A DNA stretch of 63,869 nucleotides, counting the filler, from Choristocarpus tenellus KU-1152 (lineage: Eukaryota; Protista; Phaeophyceae), in assembly GCA_964200185.2 (NCBI GenBank). It is 10 parts of 10 records of this genome, joined end to end, with 100 filler letters (N's around TTAATTAATTAA, not from the genome) between each part and the next. Parts side by side here need not be neighbours in the genome. Positions count along the whole stretch, not along the records: positions 19,294 to 27,018 come from CAXNAD020005680.1; positions 27,119 to 36,229 come from CAXNAD020003973.1; 8 more parts are not named here. One strand, given 5' to 3'. Position 1 is the first letter of the stretch; each line of letters starts with the position of its first letter. Shown one piece after another: positions 25,529-36,161 of the stretch. Position numbers and translations under genes: made by a program. The notes under the pieces are model-generated. The model had not been told where the DNA came from and did no database searches. It was given only the letters and a program-made list of their open reading frames with translations.

Positions 25529-26943
25529 ATTTTGGGACATCTTTTTGATGACTTTTGCAGAGTTTTTGTGAGCACACACACAGGTGACCCACACAGCAAC
25601 ATGAACCATGACGGTGAGAAAAGGAAAGCCGCTGAGGCCACCCTGCCCCCTGGATCTACCCTCAGCACCTTCTCTGTCGACAGGCGACAGAAAAACAAGT
25701 ACTGTGTGACACTCAGTGCGATGTTAGGTGACGAGAAAGTGCGTGTAATGTGGTGCAGCAGCATGATCAAATCGCGAAATGGACCACTCAGCTGCGACAT
25801 TGATGCTGAGAGAAGATGCATTGAAAGCATCACCACACAAAGAAAGGTGGTTGGATCTTCAACCGATATGGAGCAATGCTCCACAGTCTCTGCCGCCTCA
25901 GGAAAGCAGGAAGAGAGCGCCGAGGTGGTACAGTGACGAAGTCTGTGGGGAAGCCTGATCACGGCAGGCAAAGGGAGAACCAGGGTGGCCGGCCAAAGGG
26001 AAGGTTGGGGGGGAGAGCAGTGCAACTGCATGCCATTGCGCTTAGGAAACGCCTAAGTGAAACCTGGCTGTAGAATATCTTAGTAGTTGATGAAAAAGAC
26101 CATAAAACGTCGCTCGAGATGGCAGCAGGATACGCGATGGTCACAGTAACAACTGTGGGTAGATGGGAAAGAGACTTCCTAACTAAGGGTCACATCAAGG
26201 TGTCGGAGCAAGGCGCTACGAGAGGCGTTTTGTTCTTGGCCTTGACGGGGGACATGTTGTGCAAACAAACAAAAAGAAAGGAGGGGGAGGCTTTTTTCCT
26301 TTCTAAACCCCATCTGTTGGCACTCTTTGTGACCTATAATCCAGGGTTCGAACCCCAATATGAGCAATCTTTCTTCAAAAAAATATTAAAATGTCGATAA
26401 AAATAAAAAACAAAGTCCGTACTCTGGAGGCCACTTTGATTGGCGTCACGTCGATACTTTTATTTTTTAATCCGATATCTACATCAAAAGTTATGACGGG
26501 ACAATCCCAGAGATATAAGCTATTGGTACGACCATACTCTGTTTCACCTATCTGAATGTTCTTCCTAATATTACAACCACTACATGAAGACCATTTCTTA
26601 CTCTTACCCAAAACATACCTGCGCAACTACCATGTAGTAATGGTACATTTCACCTCTATCAACTTCTTCCATCAGAACCACCAAGGAGTGTGGGATAAAC
26701 TGAACGTTCACTATAATAATTTGTCGTGTTTTTGTTGATGAACCAGTTCGAAAACATTTTCAAAAATTGCAAAAAGTGTTTAGAAATAAATATGTTGAGT
26801 CCATTATAGTATTCTTCAAAAAGATTATGAGAAACACATTGTCAGTTTTGAACTAATGTAAATTGTCCTAATATCTCTGAAAAAAGTCTTTCCAATGTCC
26901 AGGAAACTTCCACGAACCATAACTGCCAAAAGTGACCAAAATA

Positions 26944-27018
26944 TGTTACAGGCGCCCCTCAATGCTCACCTTCCAGGATGTAGAACTCAAATCCAACGAC
27001 CTCAAAACGATGCTATGG
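26944..27018. mobile_element. Second copy of the 24183 LTR, truncated at contig end
   Basis: TGTTACAGGCGCCCCTCAATGCTCACCTTCC is identical to the start at 24183. Confidence 0.85.
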
Positions 27019-29878
27019 NNNNNNNNNNNNNNNNNNNNNNNNNNNNNNNNNNNNNNNNNNNNTTAATTAATTAANNNNNNNNNNNNNNNNNNNNNNNNNN
27101 NNNNNNNNNNNNNNNNNNGTGAGGTGGGAGGTTGCCTGTACCTCTGCGAAGGTGACGTCTGCAGAAGACCTTTGTCCCTGTAGGGAGCTGTTCCAGCGTC
27201 TGCTAGTGCCCCCGCCTGGAATACTAGATCCATGCGGAGATTCCATATTTATTATTATTCCAAGTTAACGTGTTGTAGAGAATGTTATGGAGAAAAAATA
27301 AGAAAATATACGAAAGAGAACCGAACAAAAAAAAGGTATATCTCATATTACAATAATACAAAAACCTCTCTCACGTACGTACCACATATAGCCAACTAAT
27401 TCTTATCCATCCGAGCTGATCTCAATCCAAATACAAATTCGCGCGCACACACAAATGCATTGCACGCACATTTCTTTGTCATTGGTGACGTTCCCACCAA
27501 TATCAAACACAGAGAACTTTTGAGAATTCTCAGACTTCTTACCGTTGACGATCACCAAGACGTGACGTCATCGGGTGGATCTGGGATTCTCTTCAAACTT
27601 CTCCTAAGATTTGATGGCTGAGAGAGCTTTGGGTTTGCTGGAAGCACCCCACCATGACACAACTGGTGATTCTGAACACTCCCCACAACTGATTGGACCC
27701 TGCCTCATGACACATCCATCCATTTGTCTATATCATTACTTTACCTTTCATGTACGTACCAAATAAAACTAAACATACCACCAAGAAGAGGTCCATCATA
27801 TACATCTTTTAGAGATGATGCCTCTGCAAAAATATTTAGAAACACACCGCCACCACGTCTTTGAGTCCCTCTCATGTAAGTACTACAGAGGACTCTGTTG
27901 TTCCTCATGGGTAAAATTAGCCCCCGAGCTAGGGCTAACCTGTGTAAGAAAAATAAAATCCTGAGAAATGTACAAAACATCGCAAGTATCGACTCTACGC
28001 AGCTGCCTTTTTGTTCTCTCACGAACGTACCATGTACAACGAAGTAATGAACGCCATTTGCATACAAAGACCAGCTACAAATACAGGTGCCCAACATTGA
28101 AAACAGGTGTTCGCGAGAGCCATTCCTTCCTGAACTCCACTAATGAAATATGGCCTTTCTCTCCACCAGAATGTTCATGTCTTCTAACTGTGATTTCTTG
28201 TTCATGAACTTCATGCGGTTGCTGTACCTCTGAGGCATACCTGTCAAAGGCGATGGGTCTTAATGGCGGTTTCATGAACGCCATTATGGTCCTGAGGTCC
28301 TAGATTTTATACATTGTACTTCTCGACTATATTTATGATACCATACATACAGGTTGTGCAAGTTTGTATTTTTTTTCTGTATACCCCAATCAAAGCCATA
28401 ACAGTGAATAATCGAACTTTTGACGACATTTCTATTGAGGCACCCTATACCAGCCCCATCATTCGCCTACAGGCTTGCGGATTGGAGCTGCACTTCCCAT
28501 CATGGTAAGCTTGTGGAGTGTTTTGTATCATGAAGGCAACTCTGGGCAATCTTTCACACCTGCCCACCCTCTTGATTGCTCATGATCGAGTGAGATATTG
28601 GTAGGGAGGGGGGGGAAGGCCAAGCTTGAGCGGGGTAGATGTCTTCCAGTTGAAAGTCACAGTATGGGAGTTGATGATTTGGGGGTGTTCTTGCAATGAA
28701 TGTGGACTGTTGTGGAGGAATGTTGAGTGGAGGAATGGAGTGCCAGAGAGGAATGGGGAGGAACGCGGAGTGGTAGAGTGGTTTGGGAGGATTGGGGGAG
28801 TGGATTCTCAGAAATTGGTCACGTTGGTGAGTGGATGCGTGCAAGTTGAATTTATAGTTAGTGAACTCTAACAATTACATCAGAATTCGTCAGGAAAGCG
28901 AAATGAATTTTCCTAATTTTTTTTTGAACCCCCTCATTTTGGTTGAGTTCCAAATCAAAGATGATAATATATCAAGTATGGATAGAAGTACTCACTATTC
29001 GCATACTGATACGGCCATTATATTGACAGACCAACCGAGAGGAATTGGTTTTTCCTACAATTCAAAGGACGTACGTAAGTTACGGACAAATCGCGATGAA
29101 CGTTGGACCGAAAGAACAAACCCAATTGTATTGATAATAGGAACTATTAATATTTTAGACGTCTACATACACCCTACACAATAATTGTAACATCAGCCTG
29201 TGAACCTATCAGACCTCAAACCGTCCACCGAAGTGTGCGGGGTTTGCCTGCCTCTTCAGCGCATACTTAACCTTCCACTTCAGTCCATAGTGTGCTTTTT
29301 CCGTTACTGCAAGGAGAGTGGACTCCTCGTCTCTTGAGGAAGAGGATTACTGGTTAGGGTTGGCGGACTTGCGGCCACTCGCATCAGCAAGCTAGCATGC
29401 CGTTGCTGACAACGTTTTTACTGGGGGTGTTACCGCCAATCATTGTGGTCACGTTCGTCTCTTCTATCAGTGCCTTCGGTCGGTGCTTCGGAAACCATCC
29501 GAAGGTATGCGATTTGTAGGAGAATACTGGAAGCGATTTGCATCCAGTGTTCGATACCAGTTTGAAATCGTGAACCACACCCAAACAACTAGATCCCTCC
29601 CCAGGTCGTTGAGGCTAACAGACATACCACCCGATTGGAATTGAAGCTGACTGCAACAACGTGGTGCAATATCTGGAAGTGTATGACCGGCTCGGCTTTC
29701 CTCTTTCGGAAAATGCTCTCTAAGTGCATGTATCCTTGCGTCATGTCAAAAGACAAAGACTCTCATCTTTTTGCTCGTCATCAAACTTTGTTTAAATAAC
29801 GCCTTTGGGGTGTTTCTGTCATCGCAGTCGACCAACATCCTCAATCGTGTCTCTCTTTTCGTTCGTTCCTGTTTCCAG

Positions 29879-32800
29879 GCGCAACTGGAGGACGGCGAAG
29901 TGTCCTCTCCAGCTACGCCATCAAGCACAAAATCACAAACAGAGAAACATGGTCAAAAACAGGAGCCTTTAAAAAGAGTTGCAGATTTGCCGGCGGGCAA
30001 AACAGAGGGTACGTTCGAGCAAGTGTGGGGGCTTAAATTCTTACATTTGTTTTCGTATTCAGCTTGATGATAAGTTTTTAGCAGTACACAAGCACAGGAT
30101 GGTATCACAGGTAATTGAACTTTTCCCGCCAATGACGTTTGTTTGTATTGTAGGTTACTACCGTTAGAGATGGAAGAGGGAACATGTCGGACTTAGGCGA
30201 ATCCCAACAGTATCATCCAGATGACCCCTCAACGACACACTTGAATAAACTGAATTATTGGGACATTATAAATGATAGTGTATATGCATAACTCACGAAA
30301 TCCAAGCCAATCAAGTCGTATGCGACTCCGCGAACGAGGTATGATATGAGCAAATCTCATGGTTCAACTTCGGTCCATGATTTTTTTAAGGCGCTACAAA
30401 CTAAGTATTCAATGTGCCTGATCCCCTTTACCCCTTCACATTTCTTCCAAGACAAAGTAGAAGTACCCACCTACAGTTATAAACGTCAAGGTTCGACTCA
30501 GGGGCAGAACCAGTGAGTCGCGGCGACATCTTCGCAGTAGAGGAACTTTGCCTCTATACCTCTACTTCGGCATCGATCGGAAATGCAGCACGTATTAGTA
30601 CTACACTGTTCTTTTGCATTTTTTTTTCTTCGAAGGAAGTACTGTTCTGAGACTGGGAAATGCTCCTCTTGGAGACCCCCCTTTCCATTTGCAGTCTCCT
30701 CCCTAGTTGTAAGCAATCAGGTGTTTTCCAGTTCCTTGACACCATGAAATAGAGTCTATGTTCCGTCATCCACATCAGCAACACTAGATTACCGTAACCT
30801 CATTTTTTTTTTAAATCAAGAAAGAAAACATAAGCAGCGTTCTAATTGATGTAAAGAGTTTTCTTACATCAAAGATGAAGTATCACTTTTTTTTTTAATT
30901 GAAGGATCCCTAGTTCCAACTTCTTGAAAACTAAAAGTTCTCACCAATAGTTAATACTGGCAATACAATTGCAATCATTTTCACACTCCTTCATTATTTC
31001 TCGAGATCGTCAAAATGCCTCAAGAGTGTGAAACCTCTGCAGTAAACAAAATAGATGAACTCCGACACACACCAAGAGGTGTTGGTTTGCCCAGAAACAA
31101 TCTTCCACCTCTGTTGTGTGTGTCCATTTTTTTAAACATAAAATAATGACTGTTTGCAATACGTACATATTTCTTCCCCCTTTCCTTTGCCTTCTCCAAA
31201 AGATTTCACTCCGGGTGTTTCTCCAGGCTCTAGCCAGGACGAGTCCTTCTGCATTGAGGATGAACAACCTTTCTCACAAAGGTTTGACAGCGGGGAGCCT
31301 CCTGGGTCTTCAGTCAAGGCAGGCACCTCAAGGGTGGCAGTGATCTCTGGTCAATCTCCGGCCCTTGCATTACCTGCCCTAGTGTCATTGTCAGCAGACA
31401 AGTCCTTAGAGTGGAAGGGCGTGGAGCTTTTTCCAAAGGGCGTGGAGCTTTTTCCAAAGGGCATGCCTGAGTTTGAGGAGAGGGATGGAGGGGGGGATGG
31501 GATAGATATCCTTGCTTCAAGTGCCCCGTGCTTTTCTTATCCTAACCCTTCAACAACAGCATCATACACTGCCTTGTTGAACTCTTCTATAGTGGAGTAT
31601 CCACCTGAACCTGAACCTGAACCTGAACCTGAAGCTGATGATGGTGGTGGTGGTGGTGATGATGAAAACGATAGTACTGTTTTACCAGACAACATATCAT
31701 TTACAAATGAGATTACTTTGGATACCCCTCTTATCAAGACCGCTTTTAATGGTCTGGTGTCCCCAACGTTAATGCAACCAGAGGATTGTGAGTCATTCTC
31801 TCCAAAACGAGCCGTAGGACCGACTGGATCTGAAAGTAGTCATACAGGGGTTTTGACGCCTACTTCTGAGGCGTTTTTTTCCTCCTCTGGTGGAAAGTTT
31901 TCAAGAGAAGCAATACTGGTACCAGCAACATCCTCTTGTCTACTAACTGGAAGGGCTGTGCTAGGGAAGTTGTGCAAGGCCTCCACCTTGCCCGTCCTCA
32001 ATCAGCCATTGTTCCTAGAGGAGGCAGGCGTTCATCTCAGAGAAAACTTCCCAGAAACGCCATCCACCTCTCTTCAGGACCAGCGTATCAGTCCTTCCAA
32101 GGTATGCCCTTCCCTTTGTCCCTCTCTTCCCCCTTCAAACTTTTTTGGAGGGTTACTGTATTTTTCTGTTTTTCCTTACGTCATTCCTTGTGCTGGTGGG
32201 ATCCATTAACGGGTGGGGGAATGAAGGAGTGAGGGGTGTCTTGATTCAGCAGTGGCTATTGTGTGTTTGAGAACGACGTGTCCAACCTTTGTTCAAATTT
32301 GAAATTATGTGTTGTTTTTTTTCTATGATGTTGATCTGATTTGGCAGCAGTTATGTGTGTAAGAATACTTGAGTTATTTCGACCCCTAAGATGAGGAATG
32401 AAACTGTTTTTTGTTCCTTCTTTGCATCTGTAGGTGTAAGGTTAGGGTTAGGGTTAGGGTTATGATACTAGCTTCTTTCGATTATTTCCTGCTCTTTGAT
32501 GCTGCTGCTCTTTGATGCAAATGTAGTAGCAAGTTGATATGTTCATGGCGATTTGCACCTCTCATGGCTCTGTGGTTTTTTATTCCCTTGGGAGGTGGTG
32601 ATTGTGTTGCTTTGTGATGATGTACTTGATTTTCTATTCCTCAGTACATGTTAAACCTCTAGATTCGGTGCAGTGCAGTCCCTTACACCATCAATATGTT
32701 CCTCTTACTGAGGGACGTTTCCTGAACCTTTCTGAGAACAAAACATTCATTCTTGCTTTGTTTGAAATTTATGAATTGAAGCCCTAAACATGCCTCCCAA

Positions 32801-33465
32801 TATCCTCCCATTATCTCAATGATTGAAAAAAGACAATTTGAAAACTACCTACTTGATAAAAAAAATGCAATTTTTATTGCCCAATCTGTTGTGAAAATCT
32901 TGCTACAGTTACTTACATATTTTATCGTCAAGTTCATTGTCTACAGCAAATATTATCAAATATTATCAAACCTATTTCTTGATGGTGAAGATCGCTCACT
33001 CTCATTGGTCAGTTAAAGTATTGTACTATTGAGATACATTTTTTTTTATTGAATTGGTGAGAGCAGATAACATCGATGAGTTATGGGATGAATTACAGGA
33101 TGAGTTACAAGGTGTGTTATGGGATGAGTTACAGGATGAGTTACAAGGTGTGTTATGGGACGAGTTACAGGATGAGTTACAAGGTGTGTTATGGGATGAG
33201 TTATGGGATGAGTTAGTGGATGGACGGAACCTTGTCCTGATACAGAAAATGAACAAGCCTGCGCATGTTGGGTAGTGTGACTGTAGATAAGTATCTATAG
33301 GTATCTCCAAGTAATTGATAAGTTAGGGTTAGGGTTATAGTAAACACAGGGTGATCAGTGCAATTAGTGTAATCAGATGGAGAAGTTTGGTATCGGTTGT
33401 GCTCAACCTATCTCTCAACCTATCTTTAGCTGTTCTCTTCTGTTGAATGATGAGGGATGAGGGAG

Positions 33466-33502
<37 letters not shown>

Positions 33503-36161
33503 GTGTACAATGCGATGAGTTAATGGGGGGGGTTGTAGGTTGTAGAGTCAAAAGACTTTTCAAAAGACTGTACACTCCCATCGTTTCAAATAGGGTTAGG
33601 GTTAGGGTTAGGGTTAGGATCAGGGTTAGGATTACAAGGTCACAAGAAAGGTCACCAAGGTAACAGCCGGTTCTTTTCCTCAGTCGGGACATACCTAGGG
33701 TGACAGGGTGTACCTTCTTTGTGCGTGCAGCTTTGTTGTGTTAACTTTGTTGTGTTAACTTTGTTGTTTTAACTTTGTTGTGTTAACTATGTTGTGTTAA
33801 CTTTGTTTTGTTCATTTTATTGTGTTCACTTGTTGTGTTCAACTATGTTGTTAACTTTGTGTGTTTCAAGTGTACCCCAGTTTTAATTTCTTCGAGATGG
33901 GGCTAGTCACATTTATTTGTTTTGAAGTTGGGGTCATTTAAAAAAAAAAAGATTTGAACAACTTGAATGAGAGTGTATTGATGAATGTCTACATCAAGGA
34001 AGAATCTCGTCTCCACTGTACCTCTTACGTCTTTGTTGATGAAGAGAGTGAGTCAGTTCCAATACAGACCCCACACATCCTGTACCTTCACCTGTACCTC
34101 TTCTCTGATTCTCTGGCATCCCCTGTACCCCTTTTTGTCCTCTGTTGCCGTCAACCCAACCCCAAAATGCCTTCCTAAGTATAGGAAAGAAATATGGGCA
34201 TCTTCTCCTCGGGGATGTCGACACCCAACCTCTCTTTCTCCAACACAGTCAAATCTCAGTTAGACCCTAACCCTAACACAACCTCCCTGGAGTTGGAGGC
34301 AGGCTACCCTAATCCTAACCCCTGCAAGGAGGATGAGGGCAGGAAGGAGGGGTTTGGTAGGGAGATGGAAGGGGTTTTTGATCGTATTGGGAAAGAAGGC
34401 AAAGATGGAGACCAGTCCAGTGCCGGTGATGGAGGTTGCAGGTAGGGGTATGTGCCATATGGTGTCATCTGTCATCCGTCATATTTCATATTTGATCTTG
34501 AGGTGCCATTACTTATGGATGATCTTGAGATCCCTTCCCCCCCCCCCCGGTCACCACCACGGTAATATAACTTGAAAATAGTATGATTGGTAATATAACT
34601 TGAAAATAGTATGATTGGCAATATAACTTGAAAATAGTATGATTGCTAATATAACTTGAAAATAGTATGGATTGGTAATATAACTTGAAAATAGTATGAT
34701 TGGTAATATAACTTGAAAATAGTATGATTGGTAATATAACTTGAAAATAGTGTCTTTGGTAACATAACTTGAAAATTGTATCATTGGTAGTATGACTTGA
34801 AAATAGTGTCATTGGTAATATAACCTGATAATAGTATCATTGGTAACATAACTTGAAAATAGTATCATTGGTAACATAACTTGAAAATTGTATCATTGGT
34901 AATATGACTTGAAAATAGTGTCATTGGTAATATAACCTGATAATAGTATCATTGGTAACATAACTTGAAAATAGTATACTAGTATGATTTGGTTCAATCT
35001 GTTCTGTTGGTGTTGCTTTGTGTGGCTGGTTGCTTCTTTTCCTTGGGATATGCAGTGGGAAAACTGATAATTGTGTAGGGTGTAACTGTATATTGAAAAA
35101 AATGTGAACAAAAAACTTTAGGCTTGGATGTTTTTTTAATGTATAGTATTTTAGTACTATTTTAGTACCAGTGGTGTGTATAGATACGAGGCATTGTAAT
35201 CCTCATTTTTCTTATTTTATCAGTTGTTTTTTTAAAACATTCTAGCATTTCCTGTTTCTTAGTTAAACGTCCCCTGAGTGTGTGGGTACTACCAAAAAAT
35301 GATGGTTTGTGATAAGGATGAAGAACGACTTGGTTTTTGTTGTATTTTTGAAGGCGTTGAAGGTGACTTTATGTGACTACCCTAACCCTAACCCTATCTA
35401 TATGGTGGAACTTTTCACTCTCTTTTTTTGTTTCCAACATTTCATTTTAAGAACTTTTTTATTATTTGCTATTTATTATTTACTCATATTAGTAGGTATT
35501 ATTATTGATTTTTATTATTTTCTACTTATTATTTATTCATATTAGAAGGTATTATTATTGATTTTTTATTCATATCGGTAGGTACTCACAAAAATATTTT
35601 AGTTCAATTGGACTTTTTCCATATGATTCAAACGGATTCACACTGATTCAAACTGATTCAAACTGATTCAAATTGCCCTGAATGAAACCGTTCGCTGTTT
35701 ATTTCAAAATCTTTTAATTTTTTTTCTGCATACAATCTTTACAATCTTCTTCTGATGTGTCTTGTCTTGTCTTGTCTTGCCTCCCCCATCTCGATAAAGT
35801 AAAATAAGTAAAATAAAAAAACACAAGTAACATAAGATGAGTAACGTAAGTGAAATAAAGTAACATACCAAGAAATGTCTCCTCTCTTTTTTGTTTATTT
35901 TGTAGGGACCGTGGCAGTCCCGATTGTGGCAGTTACAATTGTGACAGTTACAATTGTGACAGTTACAATACCCTAGAAGCGGCAAACCTTGGGAGTGGGA
36001 TGATTGACTTGCTCACGGATGAGTTGTTTCGTCCATGCGATGCATTTGCCTTTGTCGCTAAGGGCTACTTTGATATAGACCCTGGTCAGGTCACCATTGA
36101 GGAGGACCTGGCAGAGGGTGCATTTGCACAGGTGTGCGTTGGAGTCTTCAATGGAAAAAAG
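29879..36161 (+). CDS. TKL-type protein kinase with long low-complexity N-terminal region (partial)
   Basis: Phase-consistent exons 29879-30008, 31203-32101 (S/P/E-rich, PEPEPE, poly-G), 34185-34441 and 35906-36161. The last ends YFDIDPGQVTIEEDLAEGAFAQVCVGVFNGKK, i.e. kinase subdomain I leading into the VAVK strand. More small upstream exons are likely near 29300-29700. Confidence 0.75.
33075..33214. repeat. Minisatellite: 12-bp monomer with 36-bp higher-order unit
   Basis: GATGAGTTACAG-GATGAGTTACAA-GGTGTGTTATGG repeated about 3 times. Confidence 0.9.
33591..33630. repeat. Interstitial (TTAGGG)n telomere-like repeat
   Basis: Direct reading. Other short arrays at 32440-32463, 33322-33337, 35379-35395, 41397-41426, 43136-43214 and 50327-50338. 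Confidence 0.9.
33731..33862. repeat. 15-bp minisatellite (CTTTGTTGTGTTAA-like)
   Basis: Tandem degenerate copies in a kinase intron. Confidence 0.85.
34561..34978. repeat. 28-bp minisatellite, ~15 units, with a 4-unit higher-order repeat
   Basis: GGTAATATAACTTGAAAATAGTATGATT tandem with no spacers. Units from 34758 on follow an ABCD-ABCD pattern. Confidence 0.95.

Larger units (their letters stand above)
19294..26400. repeat. Unclassified ~1.85-kb repeat in tandem and inverted copies, with nested insertions
   Basis: Unit 1 is 19294-21023 plus 22810-22930. Unit 2 starts at 22931 (same sequence as 19294) and runs to ~24790. An inverted copy lies at 25140-26400. A further partial copy is at ~55290-55680 on another contig. 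Confidence 0.85.

Noticed and set aside
31154-32209. 351-aa ORF as a standalone gene or antisense shadow
   Set aside because: Minus frames contain stops, and AG/GT boundaries at 31203 and 32101 make it an internal exon of the kinase gene.
33054-33275. ORF with DELWDELQ repeats (and VITVRVK at 41518-41883)
   Set aside because: Translation by-products of intronic minisatellites.
34561-34978. CRISPR-like array of 28-bp repeats
   Set aside because: Units are directly adjacent with no unique spacers, the context is a eukaryotic intron, and there are no cas genes.
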